Part shown: in pieces, positions 9,609 to 20,062 of the stretch | Numbering within the stretch: position 1 is the first letter of the stretch | Layout: each line of letters starts with the position of its first letter | From: a virus | Virus record (IMG/VR): IMGVR_UViG_3300031703_000001 | Location: 1 to 64,000 of that record | Length of the DNA: 64,000 bases | Direction: 5' to 3' (one strand) | Program-made: the position numbers and the translations under genes | The notes under the pieces: model-generated | The model's input: only the letters and a program-made list of their open reading frames with translations | What the model was told of the DNA's origin: nothing | The model's database searches: none

Positions 9609-10913
9609 TTAAATCCTTTTGAAAATGTTGTTGGTTCTTTGTAATTTCTTACCTGCTGGTTTTCTTTTCTCTTCACTTTGTACACCTAATGAAGATGCAC
9701 TGTTACTTGCTGATGCAGTCTTCAGTTTTCTTACTGTAGATTCTACACTTTTTTGAGCTCCTTTATCCATAACCTTTGCCTTATATCCTGCTGGATCAGA
9801 CAATAACCATAAAGCTTCAGAAATTAAAGTATAATTTGGTTCAACAAATTGGTACTTCTCTAAAAGGTGACCTAATAGATTTGTATTCTTTCCACTTACT
9901 GAAGGATAGCTAGGTTGAACTAAACCATTATATAACATGGCTTGTGTTTTTCTATCTACCTTGATATCTCCTAAGTTACCTTCTTTAAGAGTTTCATATA
10001 CATTTGTCATGTACTGTTTAGAAGCATGTTCTTGTTGCTTCTTCTTTAAGTCTTGCTCTTCAAGTTTCTTAAGTACAATTTTCTCTTGCATCTTATCTAA
10101 CTTAGGCTTAAACTTAGCAGCTTGTTTTTCAAGCTTACCTAAATCTTTCCAGATTTCTATCTCTTCATCTATTTCATCTGAAGTTCCATAACCTGTAGCA
10201 CCTAAATATTCTTTAATAATTGTTTCTTGATCTGACTCAGACTTAATACTTAATGATTTAGTTTCTTCAACACTACCTAAAGTATTAAATAATCCTTTTA
10301 TATCAGTACCTCCATCTGCTACATATCTAGCAGCAACTTGTAATTCTTCTGGTAAACTTGCAAAAAACTGTTTAGGAGTTTCACGTCTTACTTGATTAGC
10401 TCTCTCTTCTAAGTTAGCTTCAATCAATTCTTCCCAGTCTTTCCCTGTGTACTCATCAAATGACTTACCGTCATCAAAAGGTACAATTTTTTCAGATTTA
10501 ACAAGTTTGTCAAATACATCAGAAATACCAGATATAGATTTTCTACCTCTTTTTTCTTTCTTTTCAATATCCTCATCAGATTCTTCATCTAAAGCATCTA
10601 AGATATCATTTGCATCTTCCTTTACTTCTCCTTTTTTTTCACCCACTAACTCATCAAGAGTTTCAGTTGATGAAGCATCAGGCGCATCTGCTTTAGCTTC
10701 CACTTTTGCATCCAAGTTGTCTACACCATCATCATCAGCATCTGCAAAAGAGAAGTCTGCCTTCTTACTTAATCCAGATAAAATGTTTGGTTTAGACTCA
10801 TCTTCAGTAGGCAATGTGATATCACCACCGCTTGGAGCGCCATTGAAGATCTCATCTAAGTTTACATCTAATGTTTCTACGTTGCTGTTCACTGTAGTTT
10901 CTTTTGTGTTCAT
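9609..10913 (-). CDS. Capsid scaffold-like protein
   Basis: Very acidic N-half and coiled-coil C-half; lies between portal and MCP. Confidence 0.65.
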   Translation of the reverse strand: MNTKETTVNSNVETLDVNLDEIFNGAPSGGDITLPTEDESKPNILSGLSKKADFSFADADDDGVDNLDAKVEAKADAPDASSTETLDELVGEKKGEVKEDANDILDALDEESDEDIEKKEKRGRKSISGISDVFDKLVKSEKIVPFDDGKSFDEYTGKDWEELIEANLEERANQVRRETPKQFFASLPEELQVAARYVADGGTDIKGLFNTLGSVEETKSLSIKSESDQETIIKEYLGATGYGTSDEIDEEIEIWKDLGKLEKQAAKFKPKLDKMQEKIVLKKLEEQDLKKKQQEHASKQYMTNVYETLKEGNLGDIKVDRKTQAMLYNGLVQPSYPSVSGKNTNLLGHLLEKYQFVEPNYTLISEALWLLSDPAGYKAKVMDKGAQKSVESTVRKLKTASASNSASSLGVQSEEKRKPAGKKLQRTNNIFKRI

Positions 10914-11031
10914 AATATTGTTGGTTTTAATATTTAGTTCTAAGCCCTATACATACAATATAATAAAAGTTTATACATGATCCAACATATTAAACTTATA
11001 ATATTTGGTATTTATGCAAACTTTTTTGCAG

Positions 11032-11044
11032 TATATAGCTAACG
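11032..11044. promoter_or_regulatory. Conserved intergenic motif TATATAGCTAAC(G)
   Basis: Also at 22433-22444 (+) and 24740-24752 (-); all three copies are intergenic. Confidence 0.5.
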
Positions 11045-11060
11045 GTGTTTATTTTTTATA

Positions 11061-13805
11061 TTATTTATCAGGTTTTTTCACATCATACTTGTTTTTATTC
11101 TCTCTGGCAATCTCTAGATCCTTAGAAGCAACGTCTCTTGTTGCTGCTATTTTCTCTCTTTCAACCTGGAGTCTTTCTTTCTCCATACTTCCTTTCATTG
11201 CCATTTCATCACGCTTCAAATTAGTTTGCTCTCTATATTGAGTAGTCTCTCTAATATCTTTCATAGCGTCTTGATAATCAGATACTTTATTCTCATTTAC
11301 ATCTGACATAGAACCATAACCAGCAGCTTTAATCTCTGCTAGCAAGACATCATTCTTTCTATCTTTATCATTCTCTTGCATTTCAACTTGTAATTTTTGT
11401 TGATCCTCTTGTGCCTTAGCAGCAAGTGCATCTTCTTGCATTTTACGTTGTTGTTGCATATCCTCTGATCTTTGCTTCTCAACTCTTGCTTCTGCATCTT
11501 TTAAGATATCAGTCACTTCAGATATAGAATCAGCTTTAACAATGTTACCAAGCTCATAAATTGATGCTCCAGTAGTGTTGTTAGTTACTGCCATCTGCTT
11601 TAGTTGTTCTAATATAGCTCTGTGGTTAGTTTTAGTGGTTGCAAAGACATTAAAATCTCTAAGTAATAGATCAGTTCCATTAATGGTAAAATTAACCTTC
11701 TGAGCCTCTGTAGAGATGTAAGACAATCTTACACTTGGATTAGTACTATTATAAAATTGTGCAAGATCAGTTCTCATTTGGTGAACTCTTGGCATCAAGT
11801 GATCTGAATGTTGTACAAAATAAACCTCTGTTTGAGCATATGATTGCTGCATAGCATTAACAACACCCGTTGCTGTTTCTGCAGATACTGCTCCACCTAA
11901 ACGTTGTGGATTAATACCAATAGAATCAAAACATTGTTGTTTGAAATGATTTGCTAAAGAAATTCTACCCATTAATCTACTAGTCTGCTCCATGTTAAGA
12001 GTTTGATAGTGATTAAAGTTTGTAGCGTTTTCTGTATTTGTAATAGATGTATCTAAAGGAAGCATTGAAAAATCTTTCATTGCTGTATACGCTTTAGCAT
12101 AATTGTTCTTACCCCAATCTTCACCCATTGAATGACGTGGTAAAGCATTTTGATCAAACATAATCACAGTACCTAATTCATCAATAAGGATGTCAGCTAT
12201 CTGATTATTAACCATGTTGTAACCTACTTGGTATGCTTTCATTAAATCTACTAAAGAAGTAGACCTTGTATTTCTGTCAGAGAATACTCTTCCTTCTACA
12301 GGTAATTTACAACCATATAAAGAATTCTCCCCTTTAAATTGGAAAGGAAGTCTTCCCGGTTTCTCTCTATTAATACCTAAGTAAATAGGATTAACATTAT
12401 CACCCATTGATGTTCTCCACATTGCAGGAACATTAGGTCCTACTTTAACACCACCCCAAGTTTCATTGATCCATATCCATTCAATATGTTCTCCTTGTAA
12501 TAATGTATCTTTTGATCTATTCTTAAATATAGATGTATCATAAACTGGTTTTTCAGTTATTTTAAATGATTCATCAATTATTTCTTGAGTTACTTCACCA
12601 TCAAATTCTATCTTAGTTAAATGACCAACTCTTCTTTGAGTCTTCCAATAGATTGTTGATACTCTCATCAAGTTACCATCACCATGCTGTTCTAAGTCTT
12701 CACTTTGAGAAAGTATCTCTGTTAATATATCTCCACCACGCGCTGGGTCTGCTGTTGTATTGCTTACATATTGTCTGTATGCTAAACCAGGAGCATTTGT
12801 ATTCCAATCATGTGATCTTGAAGGATCATAATGGGAACCATCATTCTGATAACCATTAACTTGATATTGTGCAGATCTTGCAGGATATATTCTTTGTAAT
12901 GATTCAAGTTGTTTCTCATTCATTAAATATCCGTATTTATCCACCACATCAGATACAGTCATAAGATCCACTTTACCTACGTAATTTGAATCTGATATAT
13001 ATCTTTGATCTGGAGATTTTTGATAGAATGTTAATACTGGATTCCACAACTCTACATCATAATCATCTTCTAACATTCTGAAATGCCAAAACTCTCTATC
13101 AGCAATAAGCATATCTCTAAACCCACGCTCTTCAAGTTCTTGCATTCTAAACCTTTCCTCATCCACATTTAATTGGTGAGTTGCCCATTCTTCCACACTA
13201 CTTCTATAAGACTTACTAAAATAATCTTCTATTTCTGGTAAACTCTTTAAGTTATCTGGTGCAAGTTGTTGTTGAGCTTCTTCTGAAGCTGGATCCATAC
13301 CAGCCTCAATCATTTTTTCAATCAGGCTTCTTTCAGCATCTGCCAACAATACATCTTCAATTTCTGCTTTCTTCTGTTCAAGCATTTCATTGTATGACTT
13401 ATCATCCACAGCTCTGAACTGTACTTTATTATATCTCTTGGTGAATTCACCACTCAATACATTAATAACATTTGGTATAATAGGATAGAACTTTAATTCT
13501 AACGCGGAATCATTTTCCTTTGTTAAAACATCCATCATTTCCTTATAATCATTATCTTCCTCAACTATATAATCAGTCTTGTCAATAATACCTTTTGCTA
13601 ACTTGTAATTTTTTAAAAGTCTTCTGGCATTGATTCTTAAGAATTCAACACCTTGTAATTCTAACCAATCTAAATTCCATGCTGCCCAATCATCAGTTTT
13701 TTCTGAAGAAGGTAAAAACTGTACTGGTTGAGTTAAACTAGAGTAAGTAGGGCCTCCCTCTGCCTTAGCTCCATTTTTTAACTGCATTGCATTTAATACT
13801 TTCAT
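11061..13805 (-). CDS. Portal protein
   Basis: 914 aa directly after TerL; FYPIIPNVINVLSGE, SLVDLMKAYQ..YN and GINPQRLG motifs typical of crAss-like portals; coiled-coil C-terminus. Confidence 0.85.
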   Translation of the reverse strand: MKVLNAMQLKNGAKAEGGPTYSSLTQPVQFLPSSEKTDDWAAWNLDWLELQGVEFLRINARRLLKNYKLAKGIIDKTDYIVEEDNDYKEMMDVLTKENDSALELKFYPIIPNVINVLSGEFTKRYNKVQFRAVDDKSYNEMLEQKKAEIEDVLLADAERSLIEKMIEAGMDPASEEAQQQLAPDNLKSLPEIEDYFSKSYRSSVEEWATHQLNVDEERFRMQELEERGFRDMLIADREFWHFRMLEDDYDVELWNPVLTFYQKSPDQRYISDSNYVGKVDLMTVSDVVDKYGYLMNEKQLESLQRIYPARSAQYQVNGYQNDGSHYDPSRSHDWNTNAPGLAYRQYVSNTTADPARGGDILTEILSQSEDLEQHGDGNLMRVSTIYWKTQRRVGHLTKIEFDGEVTQEIIDESFKITEKPVYDTSIFKNRSKDTLLQGEHIEWIWINETWGGVKVGPNVPAMWRTSMGDNVNPIYLGINREKPGRLPFQFKGENSLYGCKLPVEGRVFSDRNTRSTSLVDLMKAYQVGYNMVNNQIADILIDELGTVIMFDQNALPRHSMGEDWGKNNYAKAYTAMKDFSMLPLDTSITNTENATNFNHYQTLNMEQTSRLMGRISLANHFKQQCFDSIGINPQRLGGAVSAETATGVVNAMQQSYAQTEVYFVQHSDHLMPRVHQMRTDLAQFYNSTNPSVRLSYISTEAQKVNFTINGTDLLLRDFNVFATTKTNHRAILEQLKQMAVTNNTTGASIYELGNIVKADSISEVTDILKDAEARVEKQRSEDMQQQRKMQEDALAAKAQEDQQKLQVEMQENDKDRKNDVLLAEIKAAGYGSMSDVNENKVSDYQDAMKDIRETTQYREQTNLKRDEMAMKGSMEKERLQVEREKIAATRDVASKDLEIARENKNKYDVKKPDK

Positions 13806-13826
13806 TCCGTATTTATTTAGTTAAGT

Positions 13827-16016
13827 CTATTTATAATTTTTGAATCCAGACCTTCTAGGTCTATTACTATCAGGCTTGCCAGCACGTCCAATATTTTTGA
13901 ACGGACTATACTTTAATTTACTGATTTTTTCTGAATTTACCAAAGAATCACCCTCTGATTCTCTTCTTTTTGTGTATCCTCTGTTTGACTGTTGTATTTT
14001 TACAAAGGCAATTAGTGCACCAAAGGCAACCAATCTATCAACATTCAGTCCAGGGTAGTATGCCAACATTTCCGTTATCAACATAGGATCAGGAACTCTT
14101 TCCACACCTAATGTCTGATTTGTAACAACACCATTGATGTCAGTTTCTTCATCAATAACCTCTCTTAGAAATTCTATTGCATAAGAAATTAAGTGACTCT
14201 TAAATAGTGTTCCTGTATTCTTCCATCCATATTCCTGATAAACAGTTCTATTAGAACCAAGATCTTTAAGGAATAAGATTTGTTGTTTTGGAACCAGGTA
14301 TCTTTGTTTCTTTCTAGCAATCATATGTTGAATGAATAGAGAAATATTATTCTCAACAAGTGTCCATGCGTTATACCACTCAATTATCAACTCTAATCTT
14401 TCATGTGTTCTGTTGATATCATCAAATCTACCACACCAAGCAGCAACAATCTTATCTTTCTCTAAGAATTGTTCTACATCACCTGCAGCAGTTGTTCTAG
14501 TAACTTCAGTTGCATTCTTGTATACAAAAATACTACATAATGAATCTGAAGTAGTTGTCTTTCCTTCTGATACTGGATCAATAGAGGCATAATAAGCACC
14601 AAATTCAGGTCTCTTAGCAGCTGGTCTTTCCCATACCACTATTGTTCCTGTTTTATCAACTTGCTTCTTATCTACAGGGAATTTAGTGATTGGAAGTTTA
14701 TTTGTTCTCTTAGCAAATATTCCTTTCTCATCTCTGTCTAATTCAATCAGCTCATAAGGGTATTCCTTTTCCTCAATTCTTTTCTTCTGTCTTGTAAGTA
14801 TACCTTGAGGGAATATAGATTCTTTTCTATAAGCAAATGCCTCAGCAATATTCATTGGTTTCTGAGAAATTCTTAATTGGTATGCTTCTCCATTTAATTC
14901 ATTTTTCCAACGGGATCTTTCTTCAATGATTGCTATAACTGCCTCTTCAACTTTAGAGTTTCCAAACTTATCTATAAATGGAGGCATAGACCATTGCTCC
15001 GGAATAAACAAACCTGCCATTCCAATAGTACCATCCTTATCCATAAGATTGGTTTCTACAGAATATATGTCATTTGCTTTAGGGTTTAAGATCATCTCTT
15101 TCAGTGGATTACATTGTTGTAAATCCCCCACTGATCCTGCTGCAATAAACATACCTGTAGTCATCATCCCTGAAGACATTGCTGGACGTAAGTATTCATA
15201 TGTCTCACCCATCTTAGGAGCAATACCTGCTTCTTCATGGAAGAATATTGTACACGGTCCACCTACTCCTGTAGTTGCATTTTTCTCAAATGAACCACCT
15301 TGTATTTTAGACTTTAATCCTCTGGCTGTTTTTCTATTACCTATCTTAACTTCAATTTGCTGTTGCCATAATAACACCTTTTCTGGATTACTAGGTCTAT
15401 ACCAAGCAGTATGTTCATTAAGAAACGTTTTATATTCATCTAAGAATTTCCAAGAACCTTTATCATTGATAAAATCTTTCAAAGAGGCCCCTATCTTACA
15501 GATACTACCTTCTTCAAACCAATATGTATTAATGATCTTTCCCATATGGAAATATGAGGAAGCTATCTGACGTTTTTTTAATATTGCTGCATGTTGATTA
15601 TTCAATTCAGCTAATAGTTCATACAAAGCCATGTGATACTGAGCATCTCTTACTTTTGCAAAACCATATTTCTTTTCTTCCTTGTCAAATATAGGTAGAA
15701 AGTTTAACCACATATAATAATCTCTGGTTAGGAAAAAACTCCTCCCCTTATCATTATATATTACACCTTCTCTACACTTAGTCTTCTGATCTTCCCAGTA
15801 ATTAGTAAAATCTTTTGACCTGAAAGGGCTATTACAATAAAAACCTTGGTCATTAAACGCTTTAGCCTCTGCATTGAACTCATAGGCCATGTCTGTAAAT
15901 CCATAAAGACCAGGTTCACTGAATATACTTAATATATATTCAATGAAATCTGATTCTTCTTTAAACTCAGTTGTTTCCCACTTGCCATTATTATATGTAG
16001 GTACAATCTTATACAT
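13827..16016 (-). CDS. terL: Terminase large subunit
   Basis: KKRQIASSY Walker A-like, FFHEEAG Walker B, RNase H-like ASIDPV..VENN..NVDR. Confidence 0.9.
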   Translation of the reverse strand: MYKIVPTYNNGKWETTEFKEESDFIEYILSIFSEPGLYGFTDMAYEFNAEAKAFNDQGFYCNSPFRSKDFTNYWEDQKTKCREGVIYNDKGRSFFLTRDYYMWLNFLPIFDKEEKKYGFAKVRDAQYHMALYELLAELNNQHAAILKKRQIASSYFHMGKIINTYWFEEGSICKIGASLKDFINDKGSWKFLDEYKTFLNEHTAWYRPSNPEKVLLWQQQIEVKIGNRKTARGLKSKIQGGSFEKNATTGVGGPCTIFFHEEAGIAPKMGETYEYLRPAMSSGMMTTGMFIAAGSVGDLQQCNPLKEMILNPKANDIYSVETNLMDKDGTIGMAGLFIPEQWSMPPFIDKFGNSKVEEAVIAIIEERSRWKNELNGEAYQLRISQKPMNIAEAFAYRKESIFPQGILTRQKKRIEEKEYPYELIELDRDEKGIFAKRTNKLPITKFPVDKKQVDKTGTIVVWERPAAKRPEFGAYYASIDPVSEGKTTTSDSLCSIFVYKNATEVTRTTAAGDVEQFLEKDKIVAAWCGRFDDINRTHERLELIIEWYNAWTLVENNISLFIQHMIARKKQRYLVPKQQILFLKDLGSNRTVYQEYGWKNTGTLFKSHLISYAIEFLREVIDEETDINGVVTNQTLGVERVPDPMLITEMLAYYPGLNVDRLVAFGALIAFVKIQQSNRGYTKRRESEGDSLVNSEKISKLKYSPFKNIGRAGKPDSNRPRRSGFKNYK

Positions 16017-16293
16017 CTTCTATTTCAAGTATAATTGCATATACGTCACCTTCTTGAATTAGCAAATGATCCTCTCCATCATGCTGCATTGTAGTTGGTA
16101 AACAATGTTCAGTGTATTGAACAATATCACCTACATTGATCTCCTCCACTAATTGTCCTTTTGCCATCACAACTCCTTTATACTCAGTCTTTTGTGCCAT
16201 CTCTGGTACATATAATCCTGAAGTAGTTTTTGTTTTAGCTTTCTTCTGTTTGATTAGAATCTTCTTTCCTGTTGGTTTTACTTGTTGTATCAT
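16009..16293 (-). CDS. groES: Co-chaperonin GroES (Cpn10)
   Basis: VKPTGKKILI..KTTSGLYVP (mobile loop)..GVVMAKG..VGDIVQY..LLIQEGDVYAI. Likely start 16293 rather than 16380. Confidence 0.85.
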   Translation of the reverse strand: MIQQVKPTGKKILIKQKKAKTKTTSGLYVPEMAQKTEYKGVVMAKGQLVEEINVGDIVQYTEHCLPTTMQHDGEDHLLIQEGDVYAIILEIEDV

Positions 16294-16383
16294 CTTCTTT
16301 TGATTTAGTTTTTGTTTTGTCTTCATTAAATATTGGCTCTTCCCAGTAGCAAAAATACCAATCACTACTTTCATTATCATTCA

Positions 16384-16902
16384 CTAGAGTTGATCATAGG
16401 CTAATCCGGCTCCTCCACGTACAGAACTTTCTTGTTCTTGTTTCATATCAGTGAACGCACCTTTGTATGATTGTCTAATTTGATCAAACTTTGCAGCAGC
16501 ATTAACCATTGAGTTAATGTTACCGTCTCTCCCGTGTTCTATGGCCGTAACTTGCATATATGCAGCTAGTCTATCAAGCATGGATTTAATCCCCACATAA
16601 GCCCTGTATGTAGGTGTCTCATATAACTTCTTACACATCTCCAATGCGTATCTGATCTTACCATCTTCAGGAGACTCTTCTAAACCTACTTCTTCAATAA
16701 TTATATCCTCCTTTTCATGTTCAGGTAGATTAAAGAATGGATTAAGATCTGGATTAGGGCAACTCATGTAAAATATATACTGATATACTTGCATATTTGT
16801 ATCAGGATATGAATCCATTATTGCTTTTAAAAAGGGTAATGCATAACAGTGTTCTGTAGGTATAACCTTACTGTTTTGTATATCAAATAATCTAACTATC
16901 AT
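16384..16902 (-). CDS. Conserved helical protein, candidate terminase small subunit
   Basis: Likely start MIVRLFDIQ at 16902; helical; upstream of groES-terL; function inferred from position only. Confidence 0.4.
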   Translation of the reverse strand: MIVRLFDIQNSKVIPTEHCYALPFLKAIMDSYPDTNMQVYQYIFYMSCPNPDLNPFFNLPEHEKEDIIIEEVGLEESPEDGKIRYALEMCKKLYETPTYRAYVGIKSMLDRLAAYMQVTAIEHGRDGNINSMVNAAAKFDQIRQSYKGAFTDMKQEQESSVRGGAGLAYDQL

Positions 16903-16912
16903 ATAATTTTTT

Positions 16913-17191
16913 TTAAAGGTTGGCTTCCATGTATCCAATAATTGTTTCAGCACTATCAGTCACTGTAATTGGTACAGGTTGAGGTTGCGTTCCTATATAT
17001 AAAACAGATATACCAGGAATAATTTTTTTAGTTGTTACATCCCAGTAGGGACCAACACCTATTATATATTTTCTATCAACATTTAAAGGTTGTTCTGAAC
17101 CTCTAACCCAATCAACCCCTGTTGGACCTCCTCCATTACCACCATATGTTGGTGCTAATTGTACTTGTGTTAATTCTACTACTGTTGCCAT
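16913..17191 (-). CDS. Hypothetical protein
   Basis: 92-aa ORF coupled to its neighbours. Confidence 0.6.
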   Translation of the reverse strand: MATVVELTQVQLAPTYGGNGGGPTGVDWVRGSEQPLNVDRKYIIGVGPYWDVTTKKIIPGISVLYIGTQPQPVPITVTDSAETIIGYMEANL

Positions 17192-18003
17192 TATTTATTT
17201 TCTTTTAACCATATCATAAGAGAAGCCACTTCATCTTTTAAATATGGGAGTTCATATATTTTAACTTCCTTTAAAACAGGTTCACCATTTAGTATTTTAC
17301 TAATAGGATAACCATTTGAGTCTTCACCTACAGTTTCAAACTTAACATGTTGTATTGTTAATTTACCAATCTTTAATTTGGGGTTATGCTTCTTAATAAT
17401 ATACGCATAAATACTCAGTTGTAGGTTATAATGCTTGATATTACAATCATCTAAGTGATTAACAGGCTTATACAATTTGTTTGTAATACCCTCCCAATTA
17501 GTGTATCCTTTCTCTTTGATTTCCTTATTTGTTTTGTAATCATGAATGTTAATATACCCATCAACTACTTCAACTAAATCAGCTTGACCACATAGTGCCA
17601 TTGATTTTAAATACACCATGTGTTCCGGGTATACTCCTTCTTCAAGCTTTTGCTTAGGTGCATATTTCACACCATCTACATCAATATCAGGCTTAATAAT
17701 AGGTACTTCAATTCCATTACGTTCAATGGTTGTAAAGTCTAGCATATCAGCCTCTCTTTGGTTATGATACCAATTACCTAATTTAATAGCTCTATTAGTT
17801 TCATTATCCCAAGCAGTAAGTATTTCTTTTGGTGTCATACCATGCCACTTTGAACGCTTATTCTTTGATGATCTTTTTGCTTGACCATCTCTATCAAATT
17901 TAGGTTTGAATTTCCCTATGAAAGATGTTACACTAGTCCAATCAATTTTATCTTGATCATTACTTTCATAAATGTGCCCTTCTTCTTTAAAAATTATTGC
18001 CAT
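17191..18003 (-). CDS. PD-(D/E)XK exonuclease
   Basis: SVTSFI..GNWYH..GQADLV..IHDYKT..YNLQLSIY motifs. Confidence 0.8.
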   Translation of the reverse strand: MAIIFKEEGHIYESNDQDKIDWTSVTSFIGKFKPKFDRDGQAKRSSKNKRSKWHGMTPKEILTAWDNETNRAIKLGNWYHNQREADMLDFTTIERNGIEVPIIKPDIDVDGVKYAPKQKLEEGVYPEHMVYLKSMALCGQADLVEVVDGYINIHDYKTNKEIKEKGYTNWEGITNKLYKPVNHLDDCNIKHYNLQLSIYAYIIKKHNPKLKIGKLTIQHVKFETVGEDSNGYPISKILNGEPVLKEVKIYELPYLKDEVASLMIWLKENK

Positions 18004-18006
18004 GAT

Positions 18007-18099
18007 TTAAGATATTGTGCTATACCAATAACCACCCTCTTGGTTGGTTGTGATACTGCTTGTTACACCATTACATATGTAATTAATTTGTATGCTCAT
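18007..18099 (-). CDS. Putative 30-aa protein
   Basis: MSIQINYICNGVTSSITTNQEGGYWYSTIS fills the gap exactly; below the ORF-track cutoff. Confidence 0.35.
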   Translation of the reverse strand: MSIQINYICNGVTSSITTNQEGGYWYSTIS

Positions 18100-18418
18100 T
18101 GTTTTTAATTTGTAGGTTAATTAGTGATTCTGTTTCTTCTGAAGTTACTGTTGGCCAATTACCTTTAGGGCATTCAGAAGATAAAGATCTTAATTTAAAA
18201 TCTAAACTGCAACCACAGTCAGAACAACAAGGTTGAGTTCCGGGAGCTAAACAACTAGTTCCCTCAAGATCTAAAAGAGGACATTTTGCACAAATCTGAT
18301 ACCTGTCTGTAAATATAGCTTCTATATGTTCCTTCTTGAACATATTGTTTTTTATTCCTTCAGCAATTTTATCTACATTCTTGAAAGCATCAAGATATTT
18401 TGTCCATGGTTTAATCAT
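18083..18418 (-). CDS. Cys-rich (Zn/Fe-S binding) protein, DUF6171-like
   Basis: RxxICxxCP..C..CCxxCGC..K......CPxGxW pattern. Confidence 0.6.
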   Translation of the reverse strand: MIKPWTKYLDAFKNVDKIAEGIKNNMFKKEHIEAIFTDRYQICAKCPLLDLEGTSCLAPGTQPCCSDCGCSLDFKLRSLSSECPKGNWPTVTSEETESLINLQIKNNEHTN

Positions 18419-18773
18419 CTTTTTTCTTTTTGAACTCTGTTTTGTTTAATATATTCTGCTCCATTTGTATAAGAGCAGTTGACATCTGATTTATGTTTTC
18501 AGTTATAGTTTCACTTTTAGCATAACCATTATAAGTTGTTTTAGCAATGTTTCCTAACATGCTTTTATTTCTTTTTATTGCTGCTTCAAGTCTACCCTTT
18601 CTTAATTCAAATGTACCTAATCCTTCCACATTGATCTTAGTATGAGCCAATTGAGATAATTTCTTTCTTAGCTTAGCATAGTAAAAAGATATAAAGTCAT
18701 CCACCACTTGAGGGTGAACACCAACTTCTTCTGCTATACCAGCTTTAAATTCTTTATGCTTCTTTGGATTCAC
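18411..18773 (-). CDS. IHF/HU-like DNA-binding protein
   Basis: IAEEVGVH..VVDDFI..INVEGLGTF HU/IHF signature; typical of crAss-like phages. Confidence 0.7.
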   Translation of the reverse strand: MNPKKHKEFKAGIAEEVGVHPQVVDDFISFYYAKLRKKLSQLAHTKINVEGLGTFELRKGRLEAAIKRNKSMLGNIAKTTYNGYAKSETITENINQMSTALIQMEQNILNKTEFKKKKDD

Positions 18774-19125
18774 TTCCTAAAATTTTATAGTCTAATAACA
18801 CCAATCCGTTTGTTTGTACATTTATAACCTTATTCAAAACAATAGTTTTTTTATTACTACCCATCTTTAGAACTAGGTTTTTCTTTTCAGCCTTTGATAC
18901 TGCATTCCTTGCTGATTGTGCACTTTTAAAAATATTCAAGTCTGTTAATAAAATACAAAACTTAGCAATTTCCATTTTGGGATTTCTAGACAATACAGTC
19001 AAGAACTCTAAATCAGAATTGCTTATGATTATGTTTTCAAAGAAACAATATGTTATTATCTGGTATTTAATTGAGTTATTTAAACTAACTTTTAGTTTTA
19101 AATCTACTTTGTTTACTATTGCCAT
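18754..19125 (-). CDS. Hypothetical, possible winged-helix protein
   Basis: SAQSARNAVSKAEKKNLV helix followed by a wing-like segment. Confidence 0.5.
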   Translation of the reverse strand: MAIVNKVDLKLKVSLNNSIKYQIITYCFFENIIISNSDLEFLTVLSRNPKMEIAKFCILLTDLNIFKSAQSARNAVSKAEKKNLVLKMGSNKKTIVLNKVINVQTNGLVLLDYKILGSESKEA

Positions 19126-19127
19126 GA

Positions 19128-20045
19128 TTACAAACTTAATATCATATCAACCAAGTTTGGATCAGGATGACAATCTGATTTATCCATTCTTACATTGGTA
19201 TGGGTTAATAGTCCTTTTACTTTACCTTGGGCAGCTTCCATATGAAAACCAAAACCTTTAATTGGACCATATTTCTGAATGAATTGTTTTAATCCAATTC
19301 TAACATCAATACCATCTCTCTCACCAATATATCTAATCCACTTTTCAGTTTCTATAAGTTGTTTTTCAGAGTATTTGTGATAGTTTAGGTATCCTTTAAA
19401 CGGTTCCTTCAATCTTGTTACTTCAGATGCAATAGCTTTACTTCCAATATAGGTTTTATCAGCATCATCTAAATAACCAAAAGAACATATCTCTAATCCT
19501 ACTGAATGTCTATTCATCCATCCAGAATGAGTTTTTCCTAAGTGCCATGCTTGACACCCTTCTGGGAATGCCTGAACCATAACACCATCATATTCATCAC
19601 TACCGTCTTTATGGTTTCTTCCACCTAGAACAAATTCAGTTCCCACTCTACCTCTAGAATCTCTACTCCAGTGATCAATAGTGTTGTATGGATTGTGCCA
19701 ACCTGCCGTATGATGTATGAACATATATTCATTCTTGATGGGTCCTTTAATGTACTCATCTTTAGGCATATAATGCTTATGAATTAACTGCTCATAACTT
19801 GTAGTAAAGTATTGTCCAGATATATCATTGTCTTCATCAATTGCCTCATCCTCATTATTAGGCTTATTAAATAGCAGCACCCACATTTCACTCTCAACAA
19901 TTCCAGTAACTTCTAAATCATTAGTAAGTTGATATCTGATGACAGCCTTTTCAGTCATAGGACCAAAGTGACCATCTTCTTTTAAACCAAGTTTTTGTTG
20001 AAGGTGTTTTACATTAAGACTTTTATCTCCTCTTTTAATTAACAT
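19128..20045 (-). CDS. Endolysin: peptidoglycan-binding domain + Amidase_2 (N-acetylmuramoyl-L-alanine amidase)
   Basis: N-terminal VKHLQQKLG..DGHFGPMTEKAV..YQ; catalytic IHHTAG, AWHLG, SVGLEIC, LTH..KSDC. Confidence 0.85.
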   Translation of the reverse strand: MLIKRGDKSLNVKHLQQKLGLKEDGHFGPMTEKAVIRYQLTNDLEVTGIVESEMWVLLFNKPNNEDEAIDEDNDISGQYFTTSYEQLIHKHYMPKDEYIKGPIKNEYMFIHHTAGWHNPYNTIDHWSRDSRGRVGTEFVLGGRNHKDGSDEYDGVMVQAFPEGCQAWHLGKTHSGWMNRHSVGLEICSFGYLDDADKTYIGSKAIASEVTRLKEPFKGYLNYHKYSEKQLIETEKWIRYIGERDGIDVRIGLKQFIQKYGPIKGFGFHMEAAQGKVKGLLTHTNVRMDKSDCHPDPNLVDMILSL

Positions 20046-20062
20046 AATAATGAGTTTAGGGA

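Noticed and set aside
14926-15570. Long antisense ORFs in the track (e.g. 14926..15570, 10447..10980, 31087..31635, 52898..53419, 1454..1732)
   Set aside because: Shadows of well-supported genes on the opposite strand, with no motifs or start context
17191-18003. Cas4 / CRISPR adaptation gene
   Set aside because: PD-(D/E)XK motifs but no four-Cys Fe-S cluster and no cas or array context
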